IMG/VR virus record: IMGVR_UViG_3300021400_002728
Span: 229,154-293,153 of that record
Source: a virus
Taxonomy: Duplodnaviria > Heunggongvirae > Uroviricota > Caudoviricetes
DNA length: 64,000 bases
Reading direction: 5' to 3' (one strand)
The number at the start of each line of letters is the position of its first letter. The first letter of the stretch is position 1. Both the position numbers and the translations under genes were made by a program. The notes beneath the pieces were generated by a model, which saw only the letters and a program-made list of their open reading frames with translations, was not told the DNA's origin and ran no database searches. Shown here piece by piece: positions 32,113 through 42,105 of the stretch.

Positions 32113-33967
32113 TTAATCATTTGACTCCTTTAATCTAGTAATTTCTGCTTCAAGTTCAGCAATTTTTTCTAACTTTCTAAGTTCAGCACAACTTATATTA
32201 CGCTGTTTGACACCTTCAAAAACATCATTGAGATAATCTTCATTATCAAGAATATCAATCAGTTCAAAGTATTTAATAGGAATACTAATAGTACCTGATG
32301 CATAATCTCCATCACGTAAATCCTGATCAACTGAAAAATCAATATAACTACTTGAAATAGACTCTATACAGTTAATTTTGCTTCTAAGACCCGGTGAATA
32401 TTCACTGTCATCATCTTTGTTAATAATCACACCAAATTCTTCTTCAGCAATAGTCCAATCTTTATAATAGCCTATACGATCTATAAGAATCTTTTCAATC
32501 TTATGCAAAATATCATAGGCCTTATCTATAATCTGTTGGCATAACTGTTCTTTTTCATCTACAAGGTCTTTAACAGATAATTCATATGCAGCTTTTCGTC
32601 TATCTAATTCAGCTTTAAGATCATATACAGATTCTTCGTACTCATCTCGTTTTTGTTCAAGTGTTACTTTTAGTTCAGTATACTTATTGATTTCGTCTCT
32701 AGTCATATTTATTTACCTCTAAATGATGTCTTTGTATCAAAACCATGAGAAGTAATCTTATCATTGTTAGTCATTCCAATAGGATCAGTTCTCTCAGATT
32801 CTGTCTTAAGTAGTGAGAAGTGCTCTTCAATAGCTAAAAACATTTGCATAGGATCTATAACTTTACCAATTCCAGTATCTATAAGGATAGGTGGCTGAAA
32901 AGTAGTATCAGTTTCTTTAGTCTTATAGTTATAGTGATGGTGTACACTATCACAAAGAGCACACTCAGAAATGTAGTCATTTGTATCGATCATATTTTTG
33001 ATCTTATCTACATTCTCTAGAATCTTATTATGATCAGTTTTGTTGCTTTTACCATGTAAGAAATAATTAGTAAAAGAAATAAGTTCAAGCTTAAGAAGTT
33101 CTCTCTTTTTATTGAAATTCTTCCAAGTAGTAAGTAACTCTACATCATAATTTCCATTAAAGTAATCTCTATTAGTAATAGTTACAAGCAGTAACCAGTA
33201 AGTAGCTCCGCACTGAAGAACTACAAATCTATAGTTAGAGTTTTTATCATATCTAACCCAATCAAGTTTATTACAAATATCAGCTTTAGGTACAATATAA
33301 GAATCCCTACGATCAAATACAAGTGGATCTTCGGGATTACTTAAGTAGTCATAAAAATCATGTTTCTTATCAATAATTCTCATAATATTCTCCTAATCTA
33401 TAGGTTTCCATGCAGCCACATCTTCTCTTTTGTGGTCCATATAATAAATATCTTCAAAACAATATCCACATTCATAGAATGACGAATCTACCTTAAATGC
33501 CTTATATACACGACCATCTCTAGTCATAATGTAAACCAGTTTTCCAAATTCAGGCTCTTCTTTTTCAATAGAAATATACTCACTCATTTTTTAGTCTCCT
33601 CTACGTCGTCTAAGTACATTGGAACAATCATTCTATATGTGGTTTGCCAGTGATTGACGAGTTCCTTTTTACCGTCAAAAGTTTTATAATAAAGATCTCG
33701 ATCACCATTCTGTTCAATTTCTTTTCGAATTCGTTCAAGAATAGTATTAAGTTTAAGTCGTTTTTCAGGAAATTCATCTATTCGATGTATATCCGTTAGA
33801 CTTTCACATTTTTCTGGAATAAGAATGATCTGTGTTTTAAGTCCTTTTACATCAATGAAACCATACTGGTCATGATATGGATAACACATATGATTAATTA
33901 AATCATATTCCTTTGCATATTTATCTATATATTCTTGTATAGTATTTACAAATATAGATGCCTTCAT
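32113..33967 (-). other. Hypothetical genes (32113..32706, 32709..33383, 33393..33587, 33584..33967)
   Basis: Tightly packed ORFs downstream of promoter 33995..34023. Confidence 0.7.
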
Positions 33968-33994
33968 ATAATACCTCCAATTATTGATAATTGT

Positions 33995-34023
33995 ATTATA
34001 ACTTATCTTAGACTATTTGTAAA
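33995..34023 (-). promoter_or_regulatory. Sigma-A-type promoter
   Basis: CTA-TTTACA, 17 nt spacer, TATAAT; lies immediately after terminator 34037..34067. Confidence 0.75.
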
Positions 34024-34071
34024 TAGTTTTCAAAACAAAATACCTACCTCTTTCGAGATAGGTATTTAATT

Positions 34072-34224
34072 TTAATCACGCATCTTTGCTTTAGCTATAA
34101 GAATTATTAAAAGTACACTTCCAGCAATAGCTGCTCCAATTATACCAAATATAAATAAGAATGGTAATGATGTAAGTGCCCATCCACTATTACATATTAT
34201 TATAAAATATGAATTATTTTCCAT
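34072..34224 (-). CDS. Small membrane protein (50 aa)
   Basis: Manual translation MENNSYFIIICNSGWALTSLPFLFIFGIIGAAIAGSVLLIILIAKAKMRD; SD AGGAG. Confidence 0.55.
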   Translation of the reverse strand: MENNSYFIIICNSGWALTSLPFLFIFGIIGAAIAGSVLLIILIAKAKMRD

Positions 34225-34225
34225 A

Positions 34226-34948
34226 TTATTCTCCTATATTATATATCTCTGATTCAATAAATGCTCTAGTTTCGTCATCAAGACACCAAGGTTTTAGAAT
34301 AAAGATTTCCCAACATTGAGCATATCCTTCTTCAGGTGTATTATAATTGTTTATGTGCATACCGTAATTGTTATGCCATTCTTGCCAATGTGCATTATAT
34401 AAGTTTAAAAATTCTGTACTATTAACACCTTTTACTCTTGGACTATATTCAAATGCATGTCCAATTTCATGTAAAATAGAGCTATTAGCAGAATCCTTAT
34501 AGTCAATGAGAATTTGTTTATTTCCCCAAACAGTTAATCCAAGTATACTGTCAAATCCATAAACTGGACCCAAATTATAGTCTACTTTTTCCCAAGTCCA
34601 TCCATCTGCATAAAATGCATTTCTAACTGCTTCTGGAAACATGTTAAAATAATTCTCAGTAGTCATTACATAAACAGGAGCTACTGGAACTACTTCAGGA
34701 ATTATCTCTAATACATGTGCTACGTTATATCCTAATTTTGATTTACTATATAACATAGTAGAAGTATTTGTAGATAAATTTATTTTAGGATCTATAACAA
34801 GTTCACTTGTATTTATTCTTGCTTTAGTAGGTACAGATGTAAATCCTAAGCAGATTATAGATAAACATAAAATAATACATACAATAAATTTAACGTTATT
34901 TTTCATTTTTACATGACTCCGTATGAAATTTTTTTGAAAAAAGTTCAA
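34226..34948 (-). CDS. Secreted zincin-like metallopeptidase
   Basis: Signal peptide; ILHEIGHAF (HExxH) and downstream EEGYAQ. Confidence 0.75.
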   Translation of the reverse strand: MNFFQKNFIRSHVKMKNNVKFIVCIILCLSIICLGFTSVPTKARINTSELVIDPKINLSTNTSTMLYSKSKLGYNVAHVLEIIPEVVPVAPVYVMTTENYFNMFPEAVRNAFYADGWTWEKVDYNLGPVYGFDSILGLTVWGNKQILIDYKDSANSSILHEIGHAFEYSPRVKGVNSTEFLNLYNAHWQEWHNNYGMHINNYNTPEEGYAQCWEIFILKPWCLDDETRAFIESEIYNIGE

Positions 34949-35190
34949 ATTAAATATTTTATATTGTATGTATATAGCATATTAGTGTAACCTTTTTTGC
35001 TATTAATTACTTAATAAAAACTAGATTATATTTCAAAGAAATGTAATCTTCTAGTAGGCTTACATTCTGAAGCTCCTATGTATTTATCACATGCATTGCA
35101 ATAACCTAATCTATAAGCTGTAATAATAGCTAAAATAACCGTAACTAGTTCTGCTATATAGATAAATATCTTTTTCATAACATTTTCCTC

Positions 35191-35224
35191 AAAAAGAAGG
35201 CTAGCCATATTTCAGACTAGCCTT
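35191..35224 (-). terminator. Intrinsic terminator after ATPase gene B
   Basis: AAGGCUAG/CUAGCCUU stem plus U tract. Confidence 0.75.
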
Positions 35225-35230
35225 AATTGT

Positions 35231-38200
35231 TTACTGTGGATTCTTAGGTTTTAACTTAATAGTTGTCTTAGGCGCAGGTGCCATAGGCTGATCTGCAGTC
35301 GTTTTATCAATATTAAGCTTAATAACCGGTTTCTGACCTGGAATCTGATTTAATGCTGCTCCAATTCTCTCTCTATTTGAAGGTTGACCAAAATTAGGTT
35401 GAGTAGGTCCAGTAGGAGCACCAAAATTAGGTTGAGCTGGTACAGTAGGTGGTGCAGGTGGAGTTTCAGTCTTAGGTGCAGATCCTCCAAATAAACTAGT
35501 TAAATCATCCATTGATACCGCAGGTGAATCTGCTTCAACCTTAGGTTTATCGTCTTTAGGCTCATCTTTAGACTTCTTACCACCAAACTTAAATGTTACT
35601 GGTTCTTCATCTTCGTCTTCATCATCTTCAAACGTATCTTCTTTCTTAGGCGGAGCTTCTTTCTTAGGTGCGTCATCTTTAAAGAGTTCATCTTCATCAA
35701 GATCTTCATCCTCTTCAAACTCATCCTCTTCTTCTTCGATTTCATCCTCTTCCTCTTCAGGTTCCTCACCAATCTTATGCTGAGGTACCCAACCAGTATT
35801 TAACTCGTCGAAGTTTTTACCACGTCTCTTACATAACTCTACAAACACAGGATTATTGTAAGAAAGCTTCTGATCTTCATCAAACTCCCAGTCCGTTATA
35901 TTGGACATTCTTTTACTTTCATAAAAGTCTAGACTATATCATCATTATATATACTATTACCATATATATAACACCTACCACTTCAATTTAATAGACTTAC
36001 TTTAGACTAATCTCATCTAAATGCTAACCATGTTGGCTTTACTCTACTCATTTACTCTTTATAGTATTTAACTATAAATACACTTTCGATAGTCGTTGAA
36101 CCCACCTCTATTCGAGGCTTGGATGCTGATTTCCCATTCTTATTACCCTTAGGTCTCGCCATTAACGACCTTAGGTCATCTCTTCAATTTTTTCTACTTT
36201 CGTCGCGTTCGCACTTAGTCGTATTTCATACTTATGCTGTAGCTTGAAGAGCTCTTAGGTACGTATCGTTATTTGATACTGTTCCAGCAATTCGATAGGT
36301 TTAAGGAGAACCACTGGGATATTTAATTCTCCGGCTGTGTATAATAGGTCTGAGTTTCAATAATCTCATTACCAGATCCAATGAAACCACGACCTTTAAT
36401 CTGAGGTTTAGCTAACTGAGAAATATCCTTCTCAAACATAAGCTGAGAAGCACCATCATCAAATCCACCAAGAAGAACTGACATCTGAATATTGTTCTTC
36501 AAGTCAGTAGAAATAGTAGAACCTGAAGCTCTCTGACATGCAAGTGCTAAGTGTACTGCAGCAGCACGACCAAGACGGGCAATAGATCCAAGAGCCTGTT
36601 TAACAATATCAACTGACTTATAATCATCAGAGGTCATCAACTCATTCAACTCGTCCGCAAGGAATAAAAGTACCTTAGGCACATAAATACCTTTCGACAT
36701 TCTTATTGAATTCTTATCAATATATGAGTTGTAACCTTTTACTTCAGGTAACTGAGGATTTCTTCCTTCCCATTTACCTTCCATCATGCCATCGTAAATT
36801 TTTTGAATAGTAGTAATAATAGGCTGACGTCCATCAGGATAAATAGCCTTCATTTTACTATAGTTTCTATCAGATTCATCAAGGTCTACCATAAGCTCGA
36901 AGATTTCATCAAACTGAACCTTCTTACCAAATACTTCAAAGTAGTTAACTTCTTTGTCTTTGATTTTATAAACATTATTGCATAGATAACCAAGTATCAA
37001 ACTCAGATTTAGTATAAAATACAAATAATTGTACTTTATTACGTTTAGCTACTTTTAACTTGTGTGTATCTCTAACTGTCCAAGTATGAATAGCATTTTC
37101 AAAATACTTAGATGTTTTAGATTTTTCTATCCACTCTGTTAACTTTTTACTATCATTTTTCTTATTGTATGGATGTAATCCATGTGTCCAATGAAAGTTA
37201 AGTTCAATATAAATATCTTTAGATGGAATGTATAAATCACATACAAAAGGATATTTAGTTGACTTATATCCGTGTTTAGCATCTGGATAAATACTTAAAA
37301 GTTGTTCATAACATAAATCTTCTGTCTTTGATACCTTAAATGAATGATTCTTCTTTTTAGTCAGATAACTTTTATGTTTAATCTCAGCTTTTTCTTTATC
37401 TGACTTCAACATATATGCATCTCTATGTTTCTGACCAATAATCTTCATTTCTTCTTCAGTTTTACTATCAAATGTAGCTTGTCTCTTTGCATAAATTGCT
37501 TTCTTTTCTTCATCAGATTTAGCATAGTATTTGTCTGAAATTTTTTGCTTTACTGATTCTACCGCAAATGGACTAGTTGTTCCATATACCTTAAGACAAG
37601 TTTCTTTATACTTTTTACTATTATTGTATGTTTCATCTCCATACTTTGCTTGGCAAGTAGATTTTCTTTTAAGAATAGATTTCTGTTTTTCATCATCTGT
37701 TCTATTTAATAAAGACTCACTCGTCTTATTTGGATTATTGTATGTAGGAGTTCCATACCTAATAATTTTAGTAGTTTTAACTGAATTAGAATGTATAGTA
37801 GATTTATTTAAGCATGATCTAGAACAATACTTATTATAACCTTTGAAAATATCCTTAAAGTTTGTAGGTTTACCGCATACTTCACATACACCTTTTCCAA
37901 AGTACATATCATAATATGTTTGTTGACTAATGTTATGCTGTTCTAAATGTTTCTTAAACAACCTATTTGAAATTGGTTGATTACATATTCTGCATATTGT
38001 TTCATTCATTCTAATTTCTCCTTAGACTATATCTTCACCCTATTACTAGGGGACTACCTTTTCGATTTAAGGGAATCTCACCCACCATATAGGCCCTACG
38101 AGTATTGCTACAAATATTCGAGATTTCCACTCTTATTTTACGATGTAGCCTCTGTAAGCTCTAGTCGTTGAACTTTTACCCTCGACTTAACTAACTTATG

Positions 38201-39448
38201 GTCTAAGTATAACGTTAGGGTACTTAGCTGCTAAGGTTCCTCATTCTACTAGCCCTTAGGATTTAACCATAGGCCAAACAATCAATTTTTTCTACTTTCG
38301 TTGCATTCACATCTATTCTTTCGAATTATGTTGTAGCTTGATTGTTGTTAGAGTCGTATTCATTATAAGAATACTGTTCCAGCAATTAAATAGTTTATTT
38401 CTCACGCAGATTACTCTACGCGCAGGCCATACATGTTTATAAAACCTGCATCTGTTCCATGAACTTAAATCTGTCCATCATAATCTGTTGGAAGTTGGCC
38501 ACTGCATCTGCTGCTGTAGGTACATCCAACGCGACACCTTTCACGCCTTTTCGGTTAACTCTATAATTTTCATTATAAACCTGACTATATCTCGTATATA
38601 AATTTATATACTCCTATCACTTTCAACTGTAACTCATCTTCAGTCGTACTCTCCTTATGGAGATAGTCGATACACCTTCAATTAAGCTTGGCACGGTATT
38701 ACCTGCTATCTTACGAAAGACCGTAGGATCTCTTAGTCAGCTGCTTCGTCTATGGTCTAAGGCTATATATCTTGTTGTAACACTTCATATAGCAGTCTTA
38801 TTCAACTGATACCGTTAGCAATATAGAATAAGATCTATATCACACCCTTGAGTAATGAGGTTCAATAGGAATGCGCAAAGTTACTTACGCCGCGTAAAAG
38901 GTTAAATTCTACTCTTTTACAGTCAACACCTACTAATTGGAATCGATCTGAGTAACGCGATACGTGACCCACTATGCTTTGTTCACACCGAATTGTTATC
39001 AATAAGCTTTTTATCTTATTTTCTATGTCATTACAACATAAGTCCAGCGTACCTTTTCATTACAGATTCTGCATCTGTGTCATCCAATGGTGAGGCCTCT
39101 TGGAAGTATTATATTCTCTAATATCTCAATTAAAGGTTCAACTTCTACGCGTTGCCGTTGACTATACTTTTACATATAGCCTTAACATTCTGATTATGGT
39201 TGCAAACCATTTTCCAGCTTAATTCCTCACTAATAATCCATAATTTACTTGATGACTTCATTATGGACGGCGAACTAATAGCTATGCATTTATTGCACTA
39301 TTAGTCAGTTTACCGATTTACCTGAGTTGTGAAATACAGATCCATCAGGCATTAGATACATAGGGTCATCTTCAAGCGAAAAACCAAAATATTGGTCGGT
39401 TTTGTTCAATGGTTTAACACTGAACTCAACCTGTTTCACTACACTCAT
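35231..39448 (-). CDS. FtsK/HerA-like ATPase B, C-terminal precursor: IntC + 5 exons (39448-39312, 38988-38887, 38551-38444, 36980-36326, 35893-35231; 554 aa)
   Basis: The spliced frame is open end to end (1665 nt): ...HN|SGKSV (3' half of Walker A), LLFLADE (Walker B), ARLGRAAAVHLALACQR (FtsK/HerA Arg-finger/Gln motif), KGRG, then an acidic and Pro-rich tail. Confidence 0.88.
35894..36325 (-). ncRNA. Group I intron D (432 nt)
   Basis: P1 GGAGAAU|...GUUCUCC; P10 UCCCAGU/ACUGGGA; motifs GAAUUGCUGGAA, AAUCAGCAUCC, GUUCAACGACUA and GAUAUAGUCU. Joins PEN/DWEF. Confidence 0.92.
36975..38009 (-). CDS. Intron-encoded homing endonuclease-like protein
   Basis: Zn-finger CRIC..H..H and CEVCGKPT; nuclease-like YPFVCDLYIP..IELNFHWTHG. 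Starts right after the intron S motif. Confidence 0.85.
   Translation of the reverse strand: MNETICRICNQPISNRLFKKHLEQHNISQQTYYDMYFGKGVCEVCGKPTNFKDIFKGYNKYCSRSCLNKSTIHSNSVKTTKIIRYGTPTYNNPNKTSESLLNRTDDEKQKSILKRKSTCQAKYGDETYNNSKKYKETCLKVYGTTSPFAVESVKQKISDKYYAKSDEEKKAIYAKRQATFDSKTEEEMKIIGQKHRDAYMLKSDKEKAEIKHKSYLTKKKNHSFKVSKTEDLCYEQLLSIYPDAKHGYKSTKYPFVCDLYIPSKDIYIELNFHWTHGLHPYNKKNDSKKLTEWIEKSKTSKYFENAIHTWTVRDTHKLKVAKRNKVQLFVFYTKSEFDTWLSMQ
36981..38443 (-). mobile_element. Group I intron C (1463 nt) carrying a homing endonuclease gene
   Basis: P1 GCAGGU|...GCCUGC; P10 UUAUAAACAU/AUGUUUAUAA; motifs AAUUGCUGGAA, GUUCAACGACUA and AAGAUAUAGUCU. Joins MQV/NNVY. Confidence 0.9.
38552..38886 (-). ncRNA. 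Group I intron B (335 nt)
   Basis: P1 GCGU|AAG..UUUGCGC; motifs GCUAACGG, GUAAUACCGUGCCAAG, GUAUCGACUA and AGAUAUAGUCAG. Joins LLRGV/KGVKGV, collinear with gene A. Confidence 0.85.
38989..39311 (-). ncRNA. Group I intron A (323 nt), immediately after Walker A
   Basis: P1 CGGU|...GCCG; motifs AAUUAAGCUGGAA, AAUCAGAA, CAACGCGUAG and AAGGUACGCUG. Joins SGKSV/CEQ. Confidence 0.85.
39326..39448 (-). other. Split-intein C fragment (41 aa)
   Basis: MSVVKQVEFSVKPLNKTDQYFGFSLEDDPMYLMPDGSVFHN followed by Ser. Block F (YFGFSL) and block G (VFHN). SD GGAGG and ATGA overlap with the upstream gene. Confidence 0.92.
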
Positions 39449-40518
39449 ATGTAATTTTCCTCCTTTACTAATTTTCCTGCACCATATATAGTTAATCTTC
39501 CATCTGAATATATAATAGTTGGTTTAGGAATTTTCGTAATTAAATTATTCTTGTTAAAATCTACTGTAGAATATTTATCAACTCCATGTAATAAACTTTT
39601 CAATAGTTTTAACTGCACATCAAAATCTTCAAACTCATAGATATGAATCAACCTAATTCCACTATCTCTGCAGTTAATAGATTTCTTAAGATGATAATCA
39701 ACTTCAGTTCCATTTTCTACTGCATGATAGTAAGATCCATTAAATTCAATTGCAAGTTTTAGATCAGGTAAGTAAATATCAATTTCATTTGGTGGAATTA
39801 CTTTTCTAGAATTAGTTGTAATTTTACCTTTATAATTCTTTTGAATCATTTCAACCAATTGTCTTTCTTTAGATGATCTATTACTACTTTTGAAGTTTTT
39901 GATGTAGTCTATATCAGATTTCTTTATAAGTCTTCTATTTTTATAAACCAATATATCTATATCATATATCCATCCACAACATTTATTTAGCTTAAATACA
40001 GACTCAAGATATACTAAATTATGTTCTTTTGCATATTTGTCTACAGCTGCCTCTTGTGACGATAATCGTTTAGCTTTAGCTTCATCTGTATGGCTATTTA
40101 TTTTAGCTTTTTCTGCAATAGATGGTATTTGGTATGAATTAACTACTCCATATCGATCTAATCTAGTTTTAACGGCTTTTTCTTGTATTTGTTGTGACTT
40201 AAATCCAACTCCACCATACTTTTTATTACATGTACGAATAGTTTTAGCTCTAATATTTGTATCTTTTTGTGGATTATCTACACGAAAATGATTCTGTGTA
40301 TTAGGATCAATTTGTGCACATTTAGCACAACAATGTTTCTGATAACCTTTTCTTAAATTTAGAAATGGAGTGGGTTTTCCACATATACATATTCCAGTAT
40401 TAGGCTGTTTTAGATATTGGTCATAATAATCTTTAGGTTTAACATTATGCACTGTATTGATGTGCTTAGATAATCCTTGGTATGATTTTGTGATATGACC
40501 ACATATTTCACACTTCAT
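39445..40518 (-). CDS. Free-standing homing-endonuclease-like protein (Zn finger + Vsr/DUF559-like nuclease)
   Basis: CEICG..H..H, CICGKPT and EIDIYLPDLKLAIEFNGSYYH...GIRLIHIYE. Confidence 0.85.
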   Translation of the reverse strand: MKCEICGHITKSYQGLSKHINTVHNVKPKDYYDQYLKQPNTGICICGKPTPFLNLRKGYQKHCCAKCAQIDPNTQNHFRVDNPQKDTNIRAKTIRTCNKKYGGVGFKSQQIQEKAVKTRLDRYGVVNSYQIPSIAEKAKINSHTDEAKAKRLSSQEAAVDKYAKEHNLVYLESVFKLNKCCGWIYDIDILVYKNRRLIKKSDIDYIKNFKSSNRSSKERQLVEMIQKNYKGKITTNSRKVIPPNEIDIYLPDLKLAIEFNGSYYHAVENGTEVDYHLKKSINCRDSGIRLIHIYEFEDFDVQLKLLKSLLHGVDKYSTVDFNKNNLITKIPKPTIIYSDGRLTIYGAGKLVKEENYI

Positions 40519-40567
40519 ACAGTGCTCCTTTCTTAACTGATTTTCTACAATAATTTGACAAAATTAC

Positions 40568-40583
40568 TTATATTATTAAATAG
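40568..40583 (-). promoter_or_regulatory. CTATTTAATAATATAA motif (putative phage promoter)
   Basis: Identical to 3345..3360. Confidence 0.5.
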
Positions 40584-40586
40584 CCT

Positions 40587-41237
40587 CTAGCAGCAATCCC
40601 AGTTATATAGAATATCTGAGAAGTCGTGTTGTTTAAGTTTAGCTCCGTTAATAAAGAAGTTTGCTACACCACAATCTCCCCATAACATAACTCCATTTTC
40701 AGAATCTAACTGGAAGAGCAATGTATCATACTGATTATCTTCTCTTGGATCAAACTGAGTAAAGAACGGATAACCTAAAACTTTACTACCGCATCCACCA
40801 AGTTCCTTATACATTTCATCAGTAATATCACCTTCATAACTAAATCTATAGTCAGCTATAGACAAATAATCTTCAGACAATTCAAATTTCATACCAAGAT
40901 CAGTTTGTTCTAAAGGTGAATCTTCCCAGTCTTTTCGTAATTCGTATCCTTTAGATATATCTTCATGATAAACTACCAAATGACTATTTTCTGCAAATAA
41001 TCCCCAACTATCATCATCTGCAACAAAGAACTGTAGTAATCCAGTTTTAGGGAATATATCATTTTCTGGTAGTTCTTCAAAATTGATCTGAGCTAAAAAC
41101 TGCATCTCAGGTCCAGTCTCAGTGGGCCAATAAAATGACCCACCGAGCTTACTTTTCTTATAATCAACCTTATCACCAAAAGATATATTAAATACCTTTG
41201 TAGTAGGTAAAAGTTGTTTTAATTCATCAACTGTCAT
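40587..41237 (-). CDS. YwqG/DUF1963-family protein
   Basis: SKLGG, FLAQINF, GLLQFF, GYPFFTQ.DPR, LLFQLDS, WGDCGVANFFI and YNWDC. Confidence 0.85.
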   Translation of the reverse strand: MTVDELKQLLPTTKVFNISFGDKVDYKKSKLGGSFYWPTETGPEMQFLAQINFEELPENDIFPKTGLLQFFVADDDSWGLFAENSHLVVYHEDISKGYELRKDWEDSPLEQTDLGMKFELSEDYLSIADYRFSYEGDITDEMYKELGGCGSKVLGYPFFTQFDPREDNQYDTLLFQLDSENGVMLWGDCGVANFFINGAKLKQHDFSDILYNWDCC

Positions 41238-41246
41238 ATAAACTCC

Positions 41247-41399
41247 TTATTTTATTTTGAATAGACTTCCAAATTTTCTTTGACGTCCACCTTTAGTAGT
41301 AGGAATACCAGTTGCCTTAGCTACCTTCTGTTTCATAGAAGATATTCCAGTAGCGCGTTTCCAACTAAATGAAAAACCGAATTTCTTTTTCTTTGCCAT
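41247..41399 (-). CDS. Small basic protein (50 aa)
   Basis: Manual translation MAKKKKFGFSFSWKRATGISSMKQKVAKATGIPTTKGGRQRKFGSLFKIK; SD AGGAG. Confidence 0.7.
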   Translation of the reverse strand: MAKKKKFGFSFSWKRATGISSMKQKVAKATGIPTTKGGRQRKFGSLFKIK

Positions 41400-41410
41400 G
41401 TCAATTCTCC

Positions 41411-42087
41411 TTATACATTTATATTAGAATATTGATAACTTGTTATAATAGTACCGTCTAATTTAATATATACTACACCATAATTTACTACCGGTAGAGA
41501 CTTATTTTTTGAATATCTTTGATCTCTTGAACCATCCTTATTTGTATGTTGCCAATGTTTGCCAATTACTTCAGCATCTTTTGGAACTCTTTTATGTTCA
41601 ATAAATGGTTCATTTGCAGTATAAATATCAAAATCATTATAAGTATACTGATATAATTTAGATCCTTTACATACTATAACTCGATCAGGTAAAAACCAAA
41701 ATTTGCATTTTTTACTCTTAACTAATATTCCTGTATTAAGAAATGGAAATACTGATTTTAACTTAAATTTAGCATTTCGTCTTTTTAGAATAGTTCCTAC
41801 ATAACCATTTGTCTTTGAACATGTTTGTTTAGACGAATTAGTTATTTCATATATTTGTCTACTCTTCATTATATTTTGTATTAAAACGAAATTTTCATCA
41901 GTATCTTTAATATCTAATTGTATAGCTTGTTTTTTTAACTTATTCATGTATATAATACTTAATACTAATAATGGAATTGGAATTATATAACATGATAATA
42001 TACTACTAATTACTATTAGCGTTACTGCTAATTTTTTTTTGCGTACAAGTTAATTATTTGATTTTCCATTAAGTTGTTATTACTCAT
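41411..42087 (-). pseudogene. Membrane-anchored protein gene frameshifted at an A9 tract (C-terminal part is ORF 41411..41947)
   Basis: SD and ATG at 42087 give MSNNNLMENQIINLYAKKN*. One extra A at 42032..42040 would join a TM segment and the 178-aa ORF. Confidence 0.55.
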
Positions 42088-42105
42088 ATTAACGTCCCCT
42101 TTAAA

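Noticed and set aside
1321-37024. ORF-track genes 1321..1584, 35231..35908 and 36323..37024 as independent proteins
   Set aside because: They are exons. Their listed starts fall inside introns or mid-exon.
38887-38896. Alternative 5' splice site of intron B after AAC CTT TT
   Set aside because: It keeps the frame but makes the protein 3 aa shorter than the paralog and lacks a U-G pair at the junction; the site at 38887 has a proper P1.
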